From: Acaryochloris thomasi RCC1774 | GTDB lineage: Bacteria > Cyanobacteriota > Cyanobacteriia > Thermosynechococcales > Thermosynechococcaceae | DNA: 20,279 nucleotides | Reading direction: 5' to 3' | Assembly (NCBI RefSeq): GCF_003231495.1 | Contig: NZ_PQWO01000042.1 | Location: 1-20,279 of the forward strand | In this document: in pieces, positions 1 through 7,846 of the stretch | Layout: each line of letters starts with the position of its first letter | Position numbering within the stretch: position 1 is the first letter of the stretch | Translations under genes and position numbers: made by a program | Notes under the pieces: model-generated | The model's database searches: none | The model's input: only the letters and a program-made list of their open reading frames with translations | What the model was told of the DNA's origin: nothing

Positions 1-708
1 GGCTAAGCTCGCCACCACCGCCAGAATGATAATGCCCAGTACGTCATCAATGACAGCGGCTCCGACAATAATCTGTCCTTCGGTTGATTTCAGATGACCT
101 AGCTCTGAGAGTACCTTTGACGTAATTCCGATACTGGTGGCCGTTAGAGCCGCGCCTGCAAAAATCGCTGGAATAATTGGTACGTGAAAGAACACCACCA
201 GTCCGACTGTTCCTAACGTGAAGGGAGCAACCACTCCCACCACCGCGACAATGGCTGCCTGATAGCCCACCTTGCCCAGCTCTCGCAGATCGGATTCTAG
301 ACCGATTTCAAATAGCAGCACGATCACGCCCAGCTCGGCCAAGACGGAAATCACTTCGCTCTGGCTGGCAAAGATATGGGCAACAGCCTCAGCATCTAGA
401 TTCCCCAGCCACTGTAGAGCCGTCATCAACAAAGAGTCAGTTGCTGCAGCTCCTGCCTCGGGGAAAACAATTAGGTGTAGAGCAGAAACGCCCACGATCA
501 CGCCACCAACGAGTTCACCTAGAACAGGCGGCAGGTCGAGACGTTTTGAGAGTTCGCCCCCCAGCTTACTCATCAGATAAACGATAATTAGCGTTAGCAA
601 AACGCCTGTCAGGACAAAGGGGGCATACTCTGCCTCTGGGGTTGTGGCTAACAGAGAGGGCATCGGAGGCCCATCAACAGGGAACGTAAAAAGAGTTGTC
701 GATAGCAT
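1..708 (-). CDS. cation:proton antiporter (CPA2 / NhaS-type Na+/H+ exchanger), N-terminal part; the gene runs off the left edge
   Basis: My own minus-strand translation; it is absent from the ORF track because it is truncated by the window edge. It reads ...LDLPPVLGELVGGVIVGVSALHL...LAELGVIVLLFEIGLESDLRELG...ALTATSIGITSKVLSELG...GAAVIDDVLGIIILAVVASLA. It is multi-TM with motifs typical of Kef/NhaS-type antiporters. In-frame ATGs lie at 708 (AAGG 8 nt upstream) and at 663, so the start is uncertain. The + ORF 272..580 is its antisense shadow. Confidence 0.8.
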   Translation of the reverse strand, partial: MLSTTLFTFPVDGPPMPSLLATTPEAEYAPFVLTGVLLTLIIVYLMSKLGGELSKRLDLPPVLGELVGGVIVGVSALHLIVFPEAGAAATDSLLMTALQWLGNLDAEAVAHIFASQSEVISVLAELGVIVLLFEIGLESDLRELGKVGYQAAIVAVVGVVAPFTLGTVGLVVFFHVPIIPAIFAGAALTATSIGITSKVLSELGHLKSTEGQIIVGAAVIDDVLGIIILAVVASLA

Positions 709-1271
709 TTGTAAAACCTTTAGTAAGGAGTGGAAGATGGAATGAGGAGTCAATACGGCTCGCTATCCAAACCAAAACCGCTGGGTAGAAAAAGAGTTCA
801 TTCAATCAAAAATATTAAAAACATTGATCTTAATAAATCATAAAGTCCTTTAGCGATAGATTCAAATCATTAATTCTTGGATAATCAATTAGTTTTATCT
901 ATGGATCCTTCGCGGATGGATGTCGAATCTGGTCAGCAGACTGTGTTGATTACCGCCAAGGGGATGGGGATTTCGGCTCAGCATCTTTCGCTATAGTTCA
1001 TTCTAGGCATAGCTTCTGAGCTTCTAAAACATTTCAGGTGTTTGCAAAGAGAAGCGTAAGAACTCAAATGACTACGGCATCGAAGCCCCCTGCCAGTCAT
1101 TCCAGGCATCAACACAAAAAGCACTAAAGATAGAAAAAAATCAATGTGCTTCGCAGAGATATGGATATTAGATTTCTGAGCTAATTGAAGCGTATAAGAT
1201 TAGGCTATTTGATTCTATGTAAAGTTTTTGTTACATTAATTTACGTAAAGATACAGCACATGGAGATCAAT

Positions 1272-1469
1272 ATGTTTGCACCTATCGTTTTGACACTGAA
1301 GCAGTTGATCGGTAAGCCTCAGTTCATGAAGATGAGAGGCAAGGCGATCGCAATGCACTCCCGAGTGATCACCAATGTCTGCAACCAGTTTGGAATTGAA
1401 CGAACACCCCGGCAGAATATGATTCGGCTCGCCCGTGACAATGGCAAGCGGCTCGGTCTTCTCGCATAA
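1272..1469 (+). CDS. pgr5: PGR5 (proton gradient regulation 5) homologue, 65 aa
   Basis: MFAPIVLTLKQLIGKPQFMKMRGKAIAMHSRVITNVCNQFGIERTPRQNMIRLARDNGKRLGLLA matches, from memory, the pattern of Synechocystis Ssr2016 and plant PGR5: FAPxV...GK..F..xRGKAIAxHSxVIT..C...G....RQ..IRLA..NG.RLGxLA. ATG at 1272 with GGAG at 1262-1265. The longest ORF in the track starts at a TTG at 1185, which is probably not the real start. Confidence 0.85.
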   Translation: MFAPIVLTLKQLIGKPQFMKMRGKAIAMHSRVITNVCNQFGIERTPRQNMIRLARDNGKRLGLLA

Positions 1470-1550
1470 CGACAAAGATGGGATGCTCTTCGCATCTGAG
1501 TCGTTGATGCTATATGAAACCACCTCACCCCGACCATCACTATTTTCTGT

Positions 1551-4500
1551 TCAAATCCCCCCGCTAGTCCGATGGGCAGATCGCTTGAGCCACAAATAAG
1601 TGGATGGAATAAAGTAGAGAGCTAGTAGTGTTGCACCACCCAAGCCACCAGCAATTGCGATCGCAAGCGGGGGCCAAAACCCAGTCGGATCTAACATGAG
1701 CGGCACAAAGCCAATAATCGTAGTTACCGTTGTGGCAATGATGTGGCGCGTCGCTTTCAATACAACCTCTTGGGTGGCTTTGCGATCTCCTTGACGAGCT
1801 AGAGGATCAGCCTGCAGTGCGGCTAATACCACAATCGAATCATTGAGGGCGAGACCAATCAGCCCTAGGGTTCCGAGAATGGCTGTGAATCCAAAGAGGG
1901 CGTCAAAAGTCCATAGGGCGAGGGCGGCTAAACCGATGGCTGCGATCGCAACGACAGCCAACACCCCCGCCAAAGCGAAAGAGTTAAAGGACAGCACCAG
2001 AATTGCCGTCATCAGAACCATCAATACACCTACGGTAGAGAGAAGATTACCGACAGCACTTCCCCTTGCATCAGCCTCGCCGCCGTACTCAATCCGATAG
2101 CTAGGAGGGAGTCCAAAATTAAGATCTTTGAGTTGCTGCTGAAATTGGGTGAGGACCGTATCCGGTAAAGCTCCAGCCGTTAGAAATGCCTGGACGGTAT
2201 TGATTCGTTGACCGTCTCGACGAACGATGGTGCTGATATCCGGTACCAGGCTTGTCGAGGCCAGTGCTCCGAAGGGAACTCGACTGCCGTTGCTAGATAA
2301 CAAATCGAGCGATTCAATTTGGGAAAGATTCCCCCGTTGGCGATCGGCAAGACGGACCCGCACGGGTAGCTCTTCAGTGCCCTCTAAAATGGAGCCGCCT
2401 GTCACACCGTCCAAACTGCTGTTGAGCTGAGTTGCGATCTCACCATTATCTAACCCAGCCCGTTGAGCGATCACTTCATCGACAGTAAGGGCTAACTTAG
2501 GTGCAATTTCGGTCAAGTCTGCCTGGGTGTGAATCACGTTGGGTACCTGGGCCAACATCCCTCGCATTTGATTGCCGAGTTCTCTCAACTGATCGATATC
2601 AGGACCATAAAGCCGCAGCTCAATAGGGGCATCGAAGGGTGGTCCCTGTTCCAGTTGTTTGACTAAGATCTGTGCTTCGGGGAAGTCTCTATCTAGCTTG
2701 GTTTGTAACGTCTGAACGGTCCCGCGCAGGTCATCAGTATCGTTGAGCTGCACAATCCCTTGGGCATAGTTGGCGGCATTCCGACGATTGCTGATGATGT
2801 TATAGAAAAAAGAGGGCGCACTTTTACCCAGAAACCATTGCACATCAGCCACTTTAGGATGTTCTTGCATCACCTCGCGGGCTTTTAGAGCTAGAGTTTG
2901 AGTGGTTGAGATCGCGCTTGTCGCAGGCAGCTCAATTTCCACCTGAAACTGGTCGCGGTTGGTGGGCGGAAAAAACTGCTGGGGCAAACTCGCAAACTGG
3001 ATAAATCCAGTGATGGGCAACACCATCGCTAAAATAATTCCCAAAATAGGCCGCCGGAAGACCGTCGCCAGACTCCAGCGATAGACGGTTGTCAGGCGCG
3101 AGTTTGCGAATCCATGCACCCACCAACGTTTTCGTGCAGGCTGTGGAAAACGCTGATGCATTAGACCCGTTAGGGCTGCAATCACCGTCAGCGACAAAAC
3201 CAGCGAGCTGATCAAAGCTAGAATGACCGTGCTGCCAATCGTGCCGATAAATTCTCCCGTCCCTCCCGGTGAAGTCGCGATGGGGACAAAGGCCAACACC
3301 GTAGTCATCGTCGAAGCCAGCAGCGGAACGGCTAATTGCTTAACGGCTTGCTGAATCGCTTGGGCGGGCGTTCCCCCTGCTTGCAGATGGAGTTGCACCT
3401 CATCTACGACCACAATGGCATTATCAATCAGCAACCCCAGAGAGATAATCAGCCCCGTCACAGACATCTGGTGGAGCGGAATGCCTAGGGATTTCATAGC
3501 TCCGAACACGGTCAGAGTGGCTAAGGGCAATGCGGCCCCCACAATCAGAGCCGATCGCCACCCCAGAATTACCAGCGATACTCCAACCACCAGGAGAGAA
3601 CTCATCACTAAGTTGCCAACCACCCCATTCAACCGCTGTTGAACGTAAAGACTTTGATCTAGAACAACCGTCATTCCTATACCATCAGATAAATTCGTTT
3701 CAAAGGTGTTCAGAACCTGATGGGCTTGCTCCGCCCAAGTATCGACCCGAAAGTCAGACTCTACGGTTGCAGAAACGACAATGGCAGGTTGTCCATCAAT
3801 CAGGGTCAGATCTGAAACGGGCTGCTGAACGCCCTTCGTGACTTTGGCAATGTCACCCAGTTGGGCGACTTTCCCGGTTGCTTCCACTCGAATCGGAATC
3901 CGCCGCACCCGTTCGAGGGAATCGAGATTACTGCTCACTTCGAGTAACAGCTCATCTTGATTTCGCAACTCCCCTGCCGAAACTTTGGCATCGCTGGCGT
4001 TGATTTGCTGGGCGAGAACCTGAGCTGTCAATCCTAACTGAGCGAGTTCTGCAGAGTCTGCCTCCACGAGAATCTCTTCATCCGGTTCACCAAATATCTC
4101 TACCTTGTCAGTGCCTGAAACGTTACGCAATTGGGCTTCAAGTCCTTCTGCCACGCGGCGCAAAATGGCAGAATTGGCAGGGGAATCCAGTTCCCATTTT
4201 AGGCCCACAATGAGGGCGCTAGCCTTGACGCCACTGTCTTCATACTCTGGTTCTAAGGCTTCTGCCGGTAGCTGAGGGGTGACATCTTCGAGCTGACTGC
4301 GAACTCTGGCCCAGACGGGATCGACGTTGCGGATATTCTCTTTCAGTTCGATGGCAACGACGGATAGCCCTGGATTGGATGTGGATTCGAGGCTATCGAT
4401 TTCTTCAATTTCAGATAGCTCTTCTTCGATTTTATCGGTGATCAAGGCTTCGACTCGCTCTGGGCTGGCACCGGGAAAAACTGTGGTGACGGTAGAGTTT

Positions 4501-4622
4501 CGCTGGGTTATTTCAGGATCTTCTAGGCGCGGCAGGGTTAAGAATGCTGACAGTCCCCAGACGATGATGAGAGCGATCGACAGGAAGAGAAGCTGTCGAT
4601 TGCGGTAGAAGAGATTCAGCAT
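1551..4622 (-). CDS. efflux RND transporter permease subunit (AcrB/HAE-type), 1023 aa
   Basis: Size, ATG start and 12-TM architecture with two large periplasmic loops. The N-terminus MLNLFYRNRQLLFLSIALIIVWGLSAFLTLPRLEDPEI and TM blocks such as GLLIDNAIVVVD and ALNDSIVVL are typical of RND pumps. Confidence 0.95.
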   Translation of the reverse strand: MLNLFYRNRQLLFLSIALIIVWGLSAFLTLPRLEDPEITQRNSTVTTVFPGASPERVEALITDKIEEELSEIEEIDSLESTSNPGLSVVAIELKENIRNVDPVWARVRSQLEDVTPQLPAEALEPEYEDSGVKASALIVGLKWELDSPANSAILRRVAEGLEAQLRNVSGTDKVEIFGEPDEEILVEADSAELAQLGLTAQVLAQQINASDAKVSAGELRNQDELLLEVSSNLDSLERVRRIPIRVEATGKVAQLGDIAKVTKGVQQPVSDLTLIDGQPAIVVSATVESDFRVDTWAEQAHQVLNTFETNLSDGIGMTVVLDQSLYVQQRLNGVVGNLVMSSLLVVGVSLVILGWRSALIVGAALPLATLTVFGAMKSLGIPLHQMSVTGLIISLGLLIDNAIVVVDEVQLHLQAGGTPAQAIQQAVKQLAVPLLASTMTTVLAFVPIATSPGGTGEFIGTIGSTVILALISSLVLSLTVIAALTGLMHQRFPQPARKRWWVHGFANSRLTTVYRWSLATVFRRPILGIILAMVLPITGFIQFASLPQQFFPPTNRDQFQVEIELPATSAISTTQTLALKAREVMQEHPKVADVQWFLGKSAPSFFYNIISNRRNAANYAQGIVQLNDTDDLRGTVQTLQTKLDRDFPEAQILVKQLEQGPPFDAPIELRLYGPDIDQLRELGNQMRGMLAQVPNVIHTQADLTEIAPKLALTVDEVIAQRAGLDNGEIATQLNSSLDGVTGGSILEGTEELPVRVRLADRQRGNLSQIESLDLLSSNGSRVPFGALASTSLVPDISTIVRRDGQRINTVQAFLTAGALPDTVLTQFQQQLKDLNFGLPPSYRIEYGGEADARGSAVGNLLSTVGVLMVLMTAILVLSFNSFALAGVLAVVAIAAIGLAALALWTFDALFGFTAILGTLGLIGLALNDSIVVLAALQADPLARQGDRKATQEVVLKATRHIIATTVTTIIGFVPLMLDPTGFWPPLAIAIAGGLGGATLLALYFIPSTYLWLKRSAHRTSGGI

Positions 4623-4737
4623 TAATCAGTCCGAAGGGAGTATCTGTGGAGAGTGAATTACTGTGTTGTTGTTACTGAGGCAATAGAAGAACAAGGAGTG
4701 TGATCGAGAAAATCGCGATGATCTATCTCAAACTGGG

Positions 4738-5761
4738 TCACTCGCAATAATCATGGTCGCGGTACCACGCTACGGTGTCCCTCAAGGTTTCTAAGAGTGG
4801 TCGAAAATTGACATCTAGGACATCCATGGCCTTGGCCGAGTTGAACTGCTGCTGCGTCAGCATGATTTTGACGACATCCACTGACAAATCCACTAGTGAC
4901 TGCCCGGTTAATCGACTGATCAGTGTCAGTAGCCGAGCCAGGAGATGCATGGCCCATCCGGGCAGTTTGCGCTGGGGGCCTTTCACGCCGCTGACCTCAG
5001 ATAGGGTGGTGAGGATTTCTCCGGCTGAGTGGTATTGACCACCAACGAGATATCGTTCACCGGATTGCCCCTGCTTAACGGCGGTGATCATTGCTTGGGC
5101 GACATCACGGGCATCAACAATTGAGAGGCCTCCGGTTAAAATAAACGGAACCTTTTGCTGGAGAAAATTCAATACAAACCGACCGGACTCCGAGGGGGCA
5201 GCATCACTGGGGCCAAAGATTGTGCCGGGTTGAATCAACACGATGGGAAGGGAACGGTGCTCTAGGAACTGATCAACAGCGGCCTCTGCCATGACTTTGC
5301 TTCTGAAGTACAGATTGTCGATATTGAGTTCGCCGGGGAGAGAAGACTCGTCGCTGGGGCTTCCATCGGCCATCAGACCGAGACAGCCCGATGTACTGAC
5401 ATAGATAGATAACTTTCTGGATGCCTGCTTGGTCTGCGGCTTCCAGCAATGAGAGCGTGCCTTGAATATTAATTTGCTCTAGCTGGGGCCAATGGTCGCC
5501 CAATCCGTAATATTCACGGAAATAGGCGGCGGCATGGAATAGGATGTCGCAGTCCTGTAGATGAGATGCAAAGTTTGCCACGGCCCTCATGTCTCCCTGC
5601 ACGAACTGAAGGTAAGAATGATTGCCGAGAACTCGCTGTCCTTTTTCGATGGAGCGCACTAGGGCTTGCACTTCATATCCCTGGCGTAGTAAGCAGGCTA
5701 CTAAATTACTGCCCAACAGGCCTGTGCTTCCGGTGACAAATGCTTTCATGGCCCTACTCAT
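4738..5761 (-). pseudogene. extended-SDR NAD(P)-dependent epimerase/reductase (dihydroflavonol-reductase-like), split by a +1 frameshift
   Basis: Two overlapping ORFs (5273..5761 and 4738..5373) form one SDR. The Rossmann motif VTGSTGLLG is in the first ORF and the catalytic YFRSK in the second. Homology-like sequence ends at ...QKVIY in frame 1 and resumes as VSTSGCLGLMADGS in the next frame, at the repeat ATAGATAGAT (5401-5410). This is either a genuine pseudogene or an assembly error. The ATG at 5761 overlaps the stop of the upstream adaptor gene; an alternative ATG lies at 5749. Confidence 0.8.
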
Positions 5762-7064
5762 TAAAGGTTACAAGCTGATCGGGGACGATGCGATGGGTGC
5801 CACGGGTGATGATGCGATCGCCACTTTCCACCATCCCCCTCACCAAAGAGCGACTACCTTCGGTGTATAAAATTTCGACATCTCGACGGGCTACTTTGTA
5901 TACATCGTTGTTAGCCTTCACCACATAGGCCGACCATAGGCCGCGATCTCCTTTCACGAGCGCAGCAGTAGGCATCCAGAAACCTTGAGCCGGTTCTGTT
6001 TCTTTGAGAATCAGTCGAGCGGTGCTGCCAACGGTCAACTCCTGAATGCCAGAGAGCTGCAAAACAACGGTGACGGTGCGGCTGTTACCTTCTAGCTCCG
6101 GCAATTTTCCAGTCACCTTAGCTGAGTACTGTTGACCCTGAACCTTAATTTTCTGAATACTGCCCCGCGTCAGGGTCTCTGCGACCTGATTGGGGATACC
6201 CATTCGAGCCTCTAAGTTGTTCCCTTCCACGAGGCGGAGAACCGATTGCCCAGCTCCGACAACAACGCCTTCATCAACAGTGCGGGCGGAGACAATACCC
6301 GAGAAGGGAGCCTTGAGAATACTTTTCGAGAGGCTAATATCAATGGCTCGGATGCTGGCATCTAGTTGAGCAACCTGAGCATCCTGGCCGGTGATTTGCT
6401 CGCGGCGAGTTCCGGCTAATAGTTCATTGAGCTGGCTTTGTGCTTGCTGGAGGCGGTTTTCCAGAGCACCGGCACTGAACTTTTTCTCTTCCATTTCTTC
6501 GCGAGAAATCGCTCCTTCACTGTAGAGAGAGGATCGCCGCTGCTGCTGTAGTTTGGCAAGCTGTACTTGATTACGGAGATCGCCGACGGCGGATCTCGCT
6601 GCCGCAATGTCTTCGGGGCGAGGGCCGGTTTGCAGTTCTTGAAGCTGTGCGATCGCACCTCTTTTCTGAGCCTCAAGCTGCTGTCTTTGGGCAACCAAGT
6701 CTCGGGTGTCGAGCTGCGCAATAGAAGCACCAGCTTCCACTCGATCGCCATCATCGACTCGAATCGCGATCACACTGCCTGCGCGTTCAAACCCTAAATC
6801 ACTGGTGCGTCGAGCGGCGATTTCGCCCGTATAAGTGCGCTCCACGGTGTACTGATTGACAGCTTCTAGCACCGTTGTCTCCACCGGAAGAGCCTGCGCC
6901 TGGGCAACAGTAACAGGAGCTGAGTTCTGTGTCGTTCCGCGCACACCAAAGAAGGCGGCCACCAGCACGGGCGATAGTAACAACCACTTCCAGGAGAGAC
7001 GACGAGGCCCAGTATTGTGCGGTGCTTGCGGGTTTGGGGGTGGATCAATTTGCGAAGTCGTCAT
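5754..7064 (-). CDS. efflux RND transporter periplasmic adaptor subunit (MFP/HlyD family), 436 aa
   Basis: N-terminal membrane anchor (WKWLLLSPVLVAAFFGV). Lipoyl/barrel-sandwich motifs (GEIAARRTSDLGFERAGSVIAIRVDDGDRVEAGASIAQLD). Long coiled-coil hairpin (QRQQLEAQKRGAIAQLQEL...), and beta-barrel and MP-domain-like C-terminus. ATG at 7064. Confidence 0.9.
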   Translation of the reverse strand: MTTSQIDPPPNPQAPHNTGPRRLSWKWLLLSPVLVAAFFGVRGTTQNSAPVTVAQAQALPVETTVLEAVNQYTVERTYTGEIAARRTSDLGFERAGSVIAIRVDDGDRVEAGASIAQLDTRDLVAQRQQLEAQKRGAIAQLQELQTGPRPEDIAAARSAVGDLRNQVQLAKLQQQRRSSLYSEGAISREEMEEKKFSAGALENRLQQAQSQLNELLAGTRREQITGQDAQVAQLDASIRAIDISLSKSILKAPFSGIVSARTVDEGVVVGAGQSVLRLVEGNNLEARMGIPNQVAETLTRGSIQKIKVQGQQYSAKVTGKLPELEGNSRTVTVVLQLSGIQELTVGSTARLILKETEPAQGFWMPTAALVKGDRGLWSAYVVKANNDVYKVARRDVEILYTEGSRSLVRGMVESGDRIITRGTHRIVPDQLVTFNE

Positions 7065-7143
7065 GGCCTTACAAGCTGAGAGTTCAGTAGGCTCTTATAC
7101 AAAAAGTTGATATAAAACTTGTTGAGTATTATTTCCGTAGCGT

Positions 7144-7163
7144 ATACTCAATATGTTGAGTAT
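7144..7163. promoter_or_regulatory. candidate PadR operator: palindrome ATACTCAA-TATG-TTGAGTAT, with a third half-site TTGAGTAT at 7122-7129
   Basis: Perfect 8-bp inverted arms separated by 4 bp, in the 139-bp divergent intergenic region. The palindrome fills the spacer between a perfect minus-strand -35 TTGACA (7168-7163) and TATACG (7146-7141). It also overlaps a plus-strand -10-like TATACT (7143-7148). Confidence 0.5.
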
Positions 7164-7203
7164 GTCAAGAATGCTCTTTTAACGTGATCGGTTTCAAAAA
7201 GCG

Positions 7204-7758
7204 ATGGCCCTTGCCCATACGGTATTAGCGCTGCTAGCTCAGCAGCCCAAGAGCGGATATGACGTCAGCAAATGCTTTGATGAGGGGCTGAGCTGCTATT
7301 GGCGCGCAAGTCAACAGCAGGTTTATCGTGAGCTATCGAAGATGGAAGCTCAGGGCTGGGTTGATTTTGAGACAGTTCCTCAGGAAGGGAAGCCGGACAA
7401 GAAAATCTATCAAATCACGCTAGAGGGTTGGGAAGAGTTCACCCGCTGGTATGCAGAACCGACAGAACGAACGCAGATTCGAGAGGATCTGTTGGTGAAG
7501 GTGATGATTGGCTATAAGATGCCTCGCGATCTACTACGAAAGGAGTTGCATCATCGGCTGAAGCTGCATCAGGCTCAGCTGGCTATGTATAAAGAGAAAC
7601 AGGCTGCGTATCTATCGAAAGTGAAGCCACCTGCAGAGATTCAGTTCAAATACCTGACTCTGAAGCGTGGTATTGCTTATGAGGAGAGTTGGCTGACCTG
7701 GTGTAGCGATGTGTTGGAGTTCCTAGATCAGTATGAAGCTGATACGGATGGTCGTTGA
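7204..7758 (+). CDS. PadR family transcriptional regulator, 184 aa
   Basis: N-terminal winged-helix pattern LALLAQQPKSGYDVSK...QQQVYRELSKMEAQGWV...GKPDKKIYQITLEG is typical of the PadR family, and a C-terminal helical domain follows. ATG at 7204, divergent from the efflux operon. Confidence 0.9.
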   Translation: MALAHTVLALLAQQPKSGYDVSKCFDEGLSCYWRASQQQVYRELSKMEAQGWVDFETVPQEGKPDKKIYQITLEGWEEFTRWYAEPTERTQIREDLLVKVMIGYKMPRDLLRKELHHRLKLHQAQLAMYKEKQAAYLSKVKPPAEIQFKYLTLKRGIAYEESWLTWCSDVLEFLDQYEADTDGR

Positions 7759-7846
7759 TATTCAAGACAAGTAATGAACGCGAGCTACAAGGACCAGATT
7801 ATCAGCATTGAGAAAGGAAATATTCGGTCTCAGAATCACTTCATCT

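Noticed and set aside
272-580. 102-aa + strand ORF (TTG start), S/R/P/T-rich
   Set aside because: It lies fully antisense to the well-supported antiporter CDS and has the low-complexity composition typical of a shadow frame.
743-996. Two small + strand ORFs in the A+T-rich region: 33 aa and basic (743-844), and 31 aa (901-996)
   Set aside because: Neither has a convincing RBS or motif. The first is K/N-rich, as expected from A+T-rich non-coding DNA.
1236-1540. Two minus-strand ORFs (95 aa and 73 aa) overlapping pgr5
   Set aside because: They are antisense to a gene with a clear family match. No motifs were found, and they extend into the convergent intergenic region.
1843-4608. Six + strand ORFs (64-103 aa) and one - strand ORF nested in the RND permease gene
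   Set aside because: All are R/S/P/T-rich shadow frames inside a 1023-aa CDS with an unambiguous family signature.
4751-5870. Track ORFs 4751..4957 (-), 4775..5038 (+) and 5622..5870 (+) overlapping the SDR and the adaptor 3' end
   Set aside because: They are alternative-frame or antisense shadows. The SDR reading, restored across the frameshift, explains the region.
6416-7110. Five short ORFs nested in or antisense to the adaptor gene
   Set aside because: They have shadow-frame composition (R/S/C-rich) and lie fully inside a confidently called CDS.
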